From positions 1-52,337 of the forward strand of contig JBILJL010000001.1 of NCBI GenBank assembly GCA_044377255.1: 52,337 nt of DNA, written 5' to 3'. This DNA comes from Bacteroidia bacterium (GTDB lineage Bacteria; Bacteroidota; Bacteroidia; UKL13-3). Each line of letters opens with the position of its first letter. Within the stretch, counting starts at the first letter, position 1. The translations under genes were made by a program, and so were the position numbers. The notes under the pieces were generated by a model. It did no database searches. It saw nothing but the letters and a program-made list of their open reading frames with translations, and was not told the origin of the DNA. This document shows, one piece after another, positions 19,605 through 28,162 of this stretch.

Positions 19605-20113
19605 GCCCCGAAATGGTAATTCTTGTTGATGAAAACGATAATCAAATTGGGTTCATGGAAAAACAAGAGGCACATGAAAAAGGAGTGCTTCATCGAGCAT
19701 TTTCTATTTTAGTTTTTAATTCAAAAGGAGAACTTCTGTTACAACAAAGAGCTTTAAATAAATATCATTCTGGTGGCTTATGGACCAATACCTGCTGCTC
19801 TCACCCTCGCCAAGGCGAAACAACGGAAGAAGCGGCCCACCGCAGATTAAAAGAAGAAATGGGCTTCGATTGCCCCCTCAAACTTCACCAGTCTTTCATC
19901 TATAATGCGCCGTTTGAAAATGGACTAACCGAACATGAATTAGACTATATTTATATTGGACAATACGATGAAAACCCACAATTTAATCCAATAGAAGTGC
20001 ATACTTTTAAATGGATTTCTATGGAAGAATTATACACTCAATTAACATTGGAACCTAAGCAATTTACTGTTTGGTTTAAGATGATAATGGATCATTATTT
20101 GACTGATAAGTAG
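19601..20113 (+). CDS. idi: Isopentenyl-diphosphate delta-isomerase, type 1 (Nudix)
   Basis: 170 aa with HRAFSILVFNSKGELLLQQRALNKYHSGGLWTNTCCSHP...EEAAHRRLKEEMG...TEHELDYIY. Confidence 0.9.
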   Translation: MSPEMVILVDENDNQIGFMEKQEAHEKGVLHRAFSILVFNSKGELLLQQRALNKYHSGGLWTNTCCSHPRQGETTEEAAHRRLKEEMGFDCPLKLHQSFIYNAPFENGLTEHELDYIYIGQYDENPQFNPIEVHTFKWISMEELYTQLTLEPKQFTVWFKMIMDHYLTDK

Positions 20114-20242
20114 TGTTTTAAAATCATTTTTTCATTCAAAGTAGGCAACATAAGCTTTAGTGCTACTGCAATTGGCGGTTTCTATGCCATGAATCAAGCA
20201 TTTTTTCATAATATTCCTCCGAAAATTGTATTTTCGCACTTT

Positions 20243-20614
20243 ATGAGTGTACGTCAAGAGAAGTTTGCCGGTTTAATCCAACAACACCTAGCAGAAATTT
20301 TCCAACGCAATTCTGAATATGTTAACAGAGAATTTGTTACCATCAGTAAAGTGGAAATTTCGCCAGATTTGGGTTATGCCAAAGTTTATATTAGCCTAAT
20401 TAAAAAAGAAGGAAGAGATGCATTGATGAAATGTGTGAACCTACACAACCCTCAAATAAGAAAACAATTGGCAACAAAAGTGCGCAATCAAGCCAGAATA
20501 GTTCCAGAACTCAACTTTTTACTTGATGATAGTCTTGATTATGTATTCCATATGGATGAAGTAATGAAACGCATTAACGAAGAAGACGAAAGAAAAAGAA
20601 ACGAAAACAATTAA
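20243..20614 (+). CDS. rbfA: Ribosome-binding factor A
   Basis: From ATG 20243: MSVRQEKFAGLIQQHLAEIF...VTISKVEISPDLGYAKVYIS...IVPELNFLLDDS. The track ORF starts upstream at 20189. Confidence 0.8.
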   Translation: MSVRQEKFAGLIQQHLAEIFQRNSEYVNREFVTISKVEISPDLGYAKVYISLIKKEGRDALMKCVNLHNPQIRKQLATKVRNQARIVPELNFLLDDSLDYVFHMDEVMKRINEEDERKRNENN

Positions 20615-20631
20615 ATTACGAGTTTTATCCA

Positions 20632-21438
20632 ATGAATTACGATCCAATTAAAAAAGACCTTGGTATAGTTTTTAATCAAAATACCTTTTTAAGAAAGATA
20701 TTTTATTCCCTTTTAGATTTGCTATTGCTGCGCACTTGGCATGTTCACAGAGAGTTAAAATTGTGGATGAAAAGCAATTCTTCCGCTCTAATTTTAGATG
20801 CAGGATCGGGATTTGGTCAATACAGTTTCTTTATGGCCAAACAAAGCAAGCAATATAAAATTGATGCTGTTGATGTAAAAGATGACCAAATAGCAGATTG
20901 TAATCAATTTTTTAATAAATGTAACCTTGACAACGCAACGTTTGCCATAGGTGATTTGACCAAGCCTATTGCTCAAAACAAATACGACTTGGTTATGTGC
21001 GTTGATGTAATGGAACATATTTTAGAAGATGTAACTGTTTTCAAAAACTTCAACCAAGCCATGAAACCAGGGGCAATGCTATTAATTTCAACTCCTAGCG
21101 ACCAAGGTGGAAGCGATGTGCATGAAGAAACTGGAGAAAGTTTTATCGGTGAACATGTGCGCGATGGCTATCCTGTTGAAGAAATGGCCGACAAACTAAA
21201 GCAAGCTGGTTTTTCCAAAATGGAGATTTTATATAGCTATGGAAATCCTGGCAAAATTGCCTGGCGTTTAAGCATGAAATACCCAATGCTCCTGCTCAAT
21301 ACTAGTAAGATATTTTTTATTTTAATTCCTTTCTATTATATCCTTACCTATCCTTTTAGTTTCCTACTAAACTGGATAGATACCAATACAACCCATAAAA
21401 CAGGTACTGGCTTAATTGTAAAAGCTTGGAAATCCTAA
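20632..21438 (+). CDS. Class I SAM-dependent methyltransferase with C-terminal membrane segment
   Basis: Motif I ILDAGSGFGQYSFFMA, then DLVMCVDVMEHI, then a hydrophobic tail (IFFILIPFYYILTYPFSFLLNWI). Confidence 0.75.
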   Translation: MNYDPIKKDLGIVFNQNTFLRKIFYSLLDLLLLRTWHVHRELKLWMKSNSSALILDAGSGFGQYSFFMAKQSKQYKIDAVDVKDDQIADCNQFFNKCNLDNATFAIGDLTKPIAQNKYDLVMCVDVMEHILEDVTVFKNFNQAMKPGAMLLISTPSDQGGSDVHEETGESFIGEHVRDGYPVEEMADKLKQAGFSKMEILYSYGNPGKIAWRLSMKYPMLLLNTSKIFFILIPFYYILTYPFSFLLNWIDTNTTHKTGTGLIVKAWKS

Positions 21439-21446
21439 AATGACAG

Positions 21447-22673
21447 TTGAACCTACCATTTAAAATAGCTAGTCGGTATTTTTTCTCTCGCAAAAAAAGC
21501 GGTGGCTATAATGCCATTTCATTGATTTCCTATATTTCCTTATTGGGATATGCCGTTGGAGCGGCCGCATTACTTATAGTGCTCTCGGTTTTCAATGGTT
21601 TTGAGGGTTTGTTCACCAAAATGTATAGTAATTTTGATGCAGATTTTCAGGTACTCCCAAAAACAGGAAAAAACATTTTAATAAAAGACATTCCTATTAA
21701 TAAGATAGCAGAAAAATCTTGGCTTAAAGGAGTTTCTGCAGTGTGGGAAGAAAACGCCTTACTCCGCTATAATGGCAAACAAACAATTGCTACCATTAAA
21801 GGGGTGGATCAAAATTACCTCAAAACAAATCCACTAGATAGCCATTTGCTCAGAGGAGCCCTCATGCTTCAAAGCGGCGATACTTCATTTGCAATTATTG
21901 GTCAGGGTATCGCATACCAATTAGGGGTAGATCCAGATGATCAGTTTCATTATTTGGGAGTTTACCTGCCCAAAAAGGGCGACATAGACATGCTCAACCC
22001 AGAAGGGGCATTTGCCCACGGACTTGTTTTTCCGGTTGGTGTAATTGGTGTTCAAGAGGAGGTTGACAATAAATATGTACTGTTGCCACTCCATTATATT
22101 TTTAATCAAATTGGTGATAGCACACATATTAGTATGCTCGAAATTAGAGTGCAAGAAGGCCAAGACTTATCAGCAGCAAGAACCGATTTAACAGATTTGA
22201 TAGGGCCAAATTATACCCTAAAAAACCGATTTGAACAAAGAGAAAGTTTTTTTAAAGTGATGCAATCCGAAAAAAGTATTTCTTATTTCATTTTGGTCTT
22301 TATTTTATTAATTGCTGCTTTCAATACAATTGGTTCTTTGTATATGTTGGTCATAGAAAAAAAACGCGATTTGAGTGTTTTGTCAACCTTAGGTTTGAAC
22401 CCAAACAAGGCAGCACAGATTTTTATTTACCAAGGACTATACATTGCCATTGTAGGCGGCTTATTAGGCCTTGTAATAGGCTACGGCATCTGTTGGGGAC
22501 AACAAGAATATAGTTGGGTGGCACTACAAAGTAATGGAAGTACCATGATAAGTGCCTATCCTATAAACGTAAAGTTTTACGATACAATTAAAGTATTTTT
22601 CACTTTGCTTGGTATGGGGGTAATTACCTCACTTTATCCGGCATGGAAAGCAAGAGAAATTGTAAAAGAGTAA
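21447..22673 (+). CDS. FtsX-like ABC transporter permease (LolC/E-type)
   Basis: 408 aa with a TTG start. It has the N-terminal (M)NLPFKIASRYFFSRKK hallmark, a large periplasmic loop and a C-terminal FtsX 3-TM domain. Confidence 0.8.
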   Translation: MNLPFKIASRYFFSRKKSGGYNAISLISYISLLGYAVGAAALLIVLSVFNGFEGLFTKMYSNFDADFQVLPKTGKNILIKDIPINKIAEKSWLKGVSAVWEENALLRYNGKQTIATIKGVDQNYLKTNPLDSHLLRGALMLQSGDTSFAIIGQGIAYQLGVDPDDQFHYLGVYLPKKGDIDMLNPEGAFAHGLVFPVGVIGVQEEVDNKYVLLPLHYIFNQIGDSTHISMLEIRVQEGQDLSAARTDLTDLIGPNYTLKNRFEQRESFFKVMQSEKSISYFILVFILLIAAFNTIGSLYMLVIEKKRDLSVLSTLGLNPNKAAQIFIYQGLYIAIVGGLLGLVIGYGICWGQQEYSWVALQSNGSTMISAYPINVKFYDTIKVFFTLLGMGVITSLYPAWKAREIVKE

Positions 22674-23666
22674 TTAGGGTTTCTCTCTATATACAACTTC
22701 CAAAAGCGTTTGCCCAACTGCCTTCAACGTATTTCTATCAATAACACTTAACTTATCATTTATAGTATGCCAATGGGCTGGAAACCGGGTATCAGTTCCT
22801 TCTGTGTAATGAATGATATCTATGGTTGGTATGCCTGCTAATTCGTTAATGTATTTATGGTCATCTGTGATATAACCACCTTGGTAATAATAAAAGTAAT
22901 TGGTATATCCCAATTGGGTGGCCTGATCCCATACTTTTCTCAGAACTGGTTCTGCATATTTCATGCTATATCCCTCCCAAATAAAACGCGCATTAAACGC
23001 GCCAACCATATCTAATAATACTCCATAATCTGCTTTATAGCCTGGCTTGTGTTTATTCTTAGACCAATATTGTGAGCCCAAACAATAGGTATCTCCACCT
23101 TGATCAGATTTTCCTAAATCTTCTGCATCTAAACAGATAAAATCAACGCCAATATCAGGCCTTTGGGCTTGCATCATTCTTGCCATTTCTAACATCACAG
23201 CAACGCCACTTGCACCGTCATCAGCCGCATCAATTGCCTTGTTATGATTTGCTGGATTTGGGTCGTTGTCTGCATAAGGTCTGCTATCCCAATGTGAACA
23301 AATTAGAACCCTTTTTTTTGCCTTAGGATTAAAAGAAGCTATGATGTTTTTTATTTGAAGTTTTCTTTTGTCCCAGTTGGTAACGGTGGCCTTTTGCTCA
23401 ATTACCTCATCGGCATATTTTCTAAATTCTGCAGCCAAATAGTTTCCACACTTTGTGTGTGCTTCGCTATTGCAAACACGTGGACCAAATGAAACCTGCT
23501 TCTCAATAAATATAAAAGCAGAATCTGCATTAAAGTTTGGACTAACCTTTTGGTAAGCTGAAACAACCGGAGATTGCGTTTCGGCACTTTTGGTTTTCTT
23601 GGGTTTATTTTCACAAGAAGCAATCATAAAAATCAAAATGGCGGTGGTTATAACATATAATTTCAT
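22674..23666 (-). CDS. M28-family zinc protein, lipoprotein; probably a type-II glutaminyl cyclase
   Basis: Lipoprotein signal MIASC, CSHWDSRPYADND, DDGASGVAVMLEMAR and FICLDAEDLG. Its size of about 330 aa and the lipobox match Bacteroidota QC-like M28 proteins. Confidence 0.6.
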   Translation of the reverse strand: MKLYVITTAILIFMIASCENKPKKTKSAETQSPVVSAYQKVSPNFNADSAFIFIEKQVSFGPRVCNSEAHTKCGNYLAAEFRKYADEVIEQKATVTNWDKRKLQIKNIIASFNPKAKKRVLICSHWDSRPYADNDPNPANHNKAIDAADDGASGVAVMLEMARMMQAQRPDIGVDFICLDAEDLGKSDQGGDTYCLGSQYWSKNKHKPGYKADYGVLLDMVGAFNARFIWEGYSMKYAEPVLRKVWDQATQLGYTNYFYYYQGGYITDDHKYINELAGIPTIDIIHYTEGTDTRFPAHWHTINDKLSVIDRNTLKAVGQTLLEVVYREKP

Positions 23667-23797
23667 TGGTGTAAAAATAACTATTTAACAACCTATTTAC
23701 CTAAAAAAGCTTAATTTAAGCCCACAATTAATACAGTGGGTTTGGAAGTGTAAATTCAATTCCTAATTCAAGTATATTCGCAATTTAATCATGTAAT

Positions 23798-26230
23798 ATG
23801 AAAAACACATTACTCATTCTACTATGCATTATCGGCTTTTTGGGTTCGGCCCAAAACACCTATAACAGTTATTTAAAAGACCCTGCTACCTATAGAGAGC
23901 ACCCAATTGATATGCAAAAAATGATTGTGGAAGTTTCTTTCGATGCCCAAAAAGGCATAGTGAATGGTAAGGTTAAGCACCAGTTTAAGGTATTACAAAA
24001 AACAGTTGATTCTCTTTTTTTTGATGGACCAGACATCCAGATTTTAACAGCAACGTTTAACGGTTTGAACCTAAATTACCATGTAGTTCCAACTGGTGTT
24101 TGGGTAATACCTGCACAAGCCTTTAAATGGGATCAAACAGGAGAAATTGTATTTACCTATACCGCAACACCTCGCAAAGGAATTTACTTTATTGGCTGGA
24201 ATATTCCTGAACCAAAAGTTGCCGATCCATTTGCTGTGCGCAAACAAATATGGACGCAAGGGCAAGGAGTTGACAACCGCTATTGGATTCCGATGTATGA
24301 TGACATGAATGATAAATTTATTACAGAAACCATCACAAACTTTGATAAAAACTACCAAGTTTTAAGTAACGGAAAACTCCTAAGTAAAAAGGCCAATAAA
24401 GATGGAACAATTACTTGGCACTATGCAATGAGTAAACCTCACGCAGGCTATTTGCTCATGTTAGGCATAGGTAAATATGCAATTGCAACCGCAAAAAGCA
24501 AAAGTGGTGTGCCTTTGCAATTTTGGTATTATCCAGAATTTGCAAATAGAATGGAGCCTACCTTCAAGCATTCCGCTATGATGATAGATTTTCTTGAAGC
24601 ACAAACAGGTATTCCTTATCCTTGGGAAAGTTATAGCCAAATTATGGTTCAAGACTTTTTATATGGCGCTATGGAAAATACAACAGCTACTATATTTGGC
24701 GATTTCTTTAACGTGGATGAAAGAGCCTTTTTAGATAAAAATTATATTGGTGTAAATTGCCATGAACTTACCCACCAGTGGTTTGGAGATTTTATAACAG
24801 CAAGAGACGGAAGAGACACCTGGTTGCAAGAAAGCTATGCTACCTATTTTCCAAAACAATTAAGCAAGGTATTAGATGGCGAAGATGAATGGAATTGGCA
24901 GAGAAGGGCTCATCAAAATTCAGCAATTGAAGCGGGTAAAAAAGACAATTTTGCGGTAAGGCATACCTCTGGCGGAACTGCACGAGTATATCCTAAAGGC
25001 GCTGCTGTTATTAGCATGCTTTCTGATATACTTGGTGAAGAACAATGGAAAAGAGTGCTGAACCATTATTTAAAATCCCATGCATATGCAAACGTAGAAA
25101 CCAATGATTTACAACAAGCCATAAAAGATGTTTTAGGATTAAATCTAGATTGGTTTTTTGACCAATGGATTTACAGAGGAGGGGAGCCACATTACCGCGT
25201 GCACTACGAAGACCTTTCCTATAAAGACGGCAGTAGAGGAACCGAAATTGCTATTGAACAAATTCAAAAAATGGATGAAACCATCCATACATTTAAAATG
25301 CCAATTACCCTAGAGGTTCATTACATGGATGGTTCTGTTTCATCGGTAACCAGCATAATCAGCAATGAATTTGAGGTAGTAAAAATAAACAACCCAAATA
25401 AGTTAAATATTGCATTTGTTCTGTTTGATCCAAACTCTATTGTGCTCAAACAGCTGAGCTTTAAAAAGTCTTTTGATGAGCTTAAGTTTCAGGCAGACCA
25501 AGCCAAATTTATGCTCGACAGGTACGATGCCGTTGTGGCCATGAAACAATTACCCATTGAACAAAAAAGGACTATTTTATTGAAGGTATTGAATCAAGAA
25601 AAACATGAGGGTATCATCAATGAGATTGTTAGCCAACTTGGATCAGACCAAAACAGCCAAAGTGCAATAAACAAACTGGCATCCTCGCCAAAGTCAGCTA
25701 TTCGCTATCAAATCATTAAAATGCTTGAACCAACAAGCCCAAACAAAGATCTGTTTGAAAAAGCGCTCCTAGATAGCAGCTACGATGTGGTAAAGCTATC
25801 TTTAGAAAAGTTGTGCAACCAATATCCTTTAGAGGTTAAAGGCTTCTTACATAAAACCTCGCAAATAGAGGGTATGAACCATTCTGTTCAAATAAAGTGG
25901 TTAGAAATTAGTATCCTCAATAACGTGGAGGAACAAAATGCAAGAAAAAATTTAACTTTATTTGCTTCAGAAAACTATGAATTTAGAACCAAGATATTGG
26001 CTTTTGCTGCTTTAAAATCAACCAATACCTGTAACGAGGAAGTGGCTAGAAACCTTTTGCGGGCTATTCTTTCGAGCAATGGAAGACTAGCTGGCCCTGC
26101 CACCGACTTAGCAATTTATTTTTGCAGTAACCTAGCATTGAAAAAGGTTTTCGTATCAACTTTGCAAAACCAAAATTTTACCGATCAAGAAAAAAATGTG
26201 CTAACAAAAGCCTTATTTTTGTCGAACTAA
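23798..26230 (+). CDS. M1-family zinc aminopeptidase (aminopeptidase N-like) with helical-repeat C-terminus
   Basis: Signal peptide ending GSA/QN, a GAMEN motif (YGAMENTTAT), and HELTHQWFGD...WLQESYA (HEXXH-18-E). Confidence 0.85.
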   Translation: MKNTLLILLCIIGFLGSAQNTYNSYLKDPATYREHPIDMQKMIVEVSFDAQKGIVNGKVKHQFKVLQKTVDSLFFDGPDIQILTATFNGLNLNYHVVPTGVWVIPAQAFKWDQTGEIVFTYTATPRKGIYFIGWNIPEPKVADPFAVRKQIWTQGQGVDNRYWIPMYDDMNDKFITETITNFDKNYQVLSNGKLLSKKANKDGTITWHYAMSKPHAGYLLMLGIGKYAIATAKSKSGVPLQFWYYPEFANRMEPTFKHSAMMIDFLEAQTGIPYPWESYSQIMVQDFLYGAMENTTATIFGDFFNVDERAFLDKNYIGVNCHELTHQWFGDFITARDGRDTWLQESYATYFPKQLSKVLDGEDEWNWQRRAHQNSAIEAGKKDNFAVRHTSGGTARVYPKGAAVISMLSDILGEEQWKRVLNHYLKSHAYANVETNDLQQAIKDVLGLNLDWFFDQWIYRGGEPHYRVHYEDLSYKDGSRGTEIAIEQIQKMDETIHTFKMPITLEVHYMDGSVSSVTSIISNEFEVVKINNPNKLNIAFVLFDPNSIVLKQLSFKKSFDELKFQADQAKFMLDRYDAVVAMKQLPIEQKRTILLKVLNQEKHEGIINEIVSQLGSDQNSQSAINKLASSPKSAIRYQIIKMLEPTSPNKDLFEKALLDSSYDVVKLSLEKLCNQYPLEVKGFLHKTSQIEGMNHSVQIKWLEISILNNVEEQNARKNLTLFASENYEFRTKILAFAALKSTNTCNEEVARNLLRAILSSNGRLAGPATDLAIYFCSNLALKKVFVSTLQNQNFTDQEKNVLTKALFLSN

Positions 26231-26243
26231 TCAATTTTATAAT

Positions 26244-26912
26244 ATGAAAAAAATATTTACATTTATTGTTTTAACGCTTTGCCTCATCACTTCAAAAGCT
26301 CAAGTAAAACCATATTCAACTGGTAGCGGCGAACTTATTTTTTCTTTTGCCGATTATAAAGTTAACAATGAGCAAATAAATACGCCTGTTCGTTTTACCT
26401 GTTTTTTTCATTTGGGAGTTTTTGAACATTTCGACTTCAGCGACCGAGTTGGTATTTATACTGGCGGCGCAATTAGAAATGTTGGATTTACCTCAACCAA
26501 AGGTGATACCATGATGAAAAGAAGGAATTATTATATTGGTGTTCCGTTAGCCCTAAAAATCGGAAATCTTAAAAACGATACATACCTTTTTGGTGGCGTG
26601 GAAGGCGAATTTGCATTCAACTACAAGGAAAAAGTTTTTGTAAACGAAAACAAATTAGATGATTTAAAATTTAGCACTTGGTTCAGCGACAGAACAAATG
26701 CCTTTATGCCAAGTGCTTTTGTTGGTTTAAACTTAAAAAGTGGCTTGAACCTAAAGTTTAAATATTATTTAAGGGATTTCTACAACAAAGATTATACGGC
26801 CCAAGGTGTTAAAATATACGACAACACAAAAAGTCAAATGTTTTATTTCTCTTTGGCCATGAATATCAGAACAATTACCACTACAGGTAAAACCTATAAC
26901 AAAGGTTTATAA
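26244..26912 (+). CDS. Hypothetical small outer-membrane beta-barrel protein
   Basis: Signal peptide MKKIFTFIVLTLCLITSKA/QV and an alternating aromatic/Gly-rich pattern. I recognise no specific family. Confidence 0.5.
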   Translation: MKKIFTFIVLTLCLITSKAQVKPYSTGSGELIFSFADYKVNNEQINTPVRFTCFFHLGVFEHFDFSDRVGIYTGGAIRNVGFTSTKGDTMMKRRNYYIGVPLALKIGNLKNDTYLFGGVEGEFAFNYKEKVFVNENKLDDLKFSTWFSDRTNAFMPSAFVGLNLKSGLNLKFKYYLRDFYNKDYTAQGVKIYDNTKSQMFYFSLAMNIRTITTTGKTYNKGL

Positions 26913-27202
26913 TTATTAAAGCCCGTTTTGTTTGGCCTTTTTATTGACTAAAAGTTTATTAGCTTAATTTGCTGTTAAAGGTTTAATGCCCATAACAAGT
27001 AATTGATAAAGGGAGATAAAGTTGTGGCTTGTTTGGCAAGAAACCGCCCATTGAATCACGTTTTAGTTAAAAAGGTTCCCGTTTGAAAAAATCAATTTCA
27101 CTAACAGAAAAACTACACATATCCAAGGTGTATAGGAATTTTCATTTAATTACCTCCTCTCAAAAAGAATAAGAAGAAGTAAGGTTTTATAAAAAACCAG
27201 TC

Positions 27203-27262
27203 AAAAAAAATGTGCAAATGCTTTAAATCTCTATTTTACTTTGAGATGTAATGCACTTGCAC
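27203..27262 (-). terminator. Probable intrinsic terminator of the rhodopsin gene
   Basis: In minus-strand sense, starting 22 nt after the stop: GTGCAAGTGC...(inner ATCTC/GAGAT)...GCATTTGCAC, followed by A then T8. The outer stem is 10 bp with one mismatch. Confidence 0.5.
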
Positions 27263-27283
27263 ACTTAAAAATATGTAAATATT

Positions 27284-28000
27284 TTAGTCTTCGCTTCTAC
27301 TTAAAGTGTAGATAACTAAACCAAATCCAATTTTATTAATTGCGTCTGCAATATTATATACAATATCCATTGCATGTGAAGCAGCAGCTGGATCAGATAC
27401 CAATTGAATTCCAAACAAACCACCTGGTGTGCCTAAAATGTAACCCAATGGATAAATTGCCCATCCTACTAAAACAAACCAACCCAATACCCTAGTTGCT
27501 TTTGCAACTTGAACACCAGCTGTTTGAGCCAAATTAGCCACTTCTCCAAACCAAACTAGGTAAACAATGTAGAAGTAAGCAGCACCAGAAATAACACCCC
27601 ACATAACGCTGTTTCCTCTGTCTATTGTTTCACCAAAATAGCCAGTTACTAGCATTACCAAAGATGCAAAAATCAATTTCCAAAGCAAGCCAATTTTAGC
27701 ACCTGCTTTTTTAGTGATAAGATAAAACTCAACACACATCAACGGCACAGTAAGAATCCAATCAACATATCTAAAGAATGTTGGTGAATCTCCAGTTTCT
27801 AAATTGTAACCTCTCATGTAGTAGTAATGTACTGCTGCAATAAAGGTGATTAAACCAGAAACTAAAACAGAAGTTCTCCATTTTTGAGATGTTGTACTTA
27901 ACTCAAAAAAGAAAAACACAGAAGCGGCCATCATGGCCATTGTTCCGATAAAAAACGTGAACGCCACGTAATTATCACTTGCAATTTTTAAATGTTCCAT
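27284..28000 (-). CDS. Microbial rhodopsin, proteorhodopsin-type light-driven proton pump (DTE motif)
   Basis: 238 aa with 7 hydrophobic helices. Helix C is RYVDWILTVPLMCVEFY (D80, T84, E91). AAVHYYYMR carries the PR-type His. The Schiff-base Lys is in NIADAINKIGFGLVIY (K223). Confidence 0.92.
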   Translation of the reverse strand: MEHLKIASDNYVAFTFFIGTMAMMAASVFFFFELSTTSQKWRTSVLVSGLITFIAAVHYYYMRGYNLETGDSPTFFRYVDWILTVPLMCVEFYLITKKAGAKIGLLWKLIFASLVMLVTGYFGETIDRGNSVMWGVISGAAYFYIVYLVWFGEVANLAQTAGVQVAKATRVLGWFVLVGWAIYPLGYILGTPGGLFGIQLVSDPAAASHAMDIVYNIADAINKIGFGLVIYTLSRSED

Positions 28001-28108
28001 AAATATATTTATGTTTTTTGCCTACTCTTAAGGATTTTCGGATTCTCCCCGTTTTTTTACTTGGTATCTGGATTCCAATACACCAAAAGAACATTATATC
28101 TATAAATA

Positions 28109-28151
28109 AGTTTTGTCATATTTTATATTTTTATAAAATTATGACAAAACT
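28109..28151. promoter_or_regulatory. Perfect 12-bp inverted repeat AGTTTTGTCATA-N19-TATGACAAAACT between crtY-blh and the rhodopsin gene
   Basis: Read directly from the sequence. It starts 12 nt after the crtY-blh stop and ends 109 nt upstream of the rhodopsin ATG. It could be a terminator hairpin or an operator. Confidence 0.4.
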
Positions 28152-28162
28152 ATGAGTCTGTA

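Noticed and set aside
26918-26942. Possible terminator AAAGCCCGTTTTGTTTGGCCTTTTT after the 222-aa OMP gene
   Set aside because: The stem needs a bulge and has only 5-6 pairs. It is too weak to report as a feature.
27284-28000. Possibility that the rhodopsin is a Na+ (NDQ) or Cl- (NTQ) pump or a sensory rhodopsin
   Set aside because: The helix-C triad is clearly D80/T84/E91 (DTE) and a PR-type His58 is present. No transducer gene is adjacent. A proton pump is the supported call.
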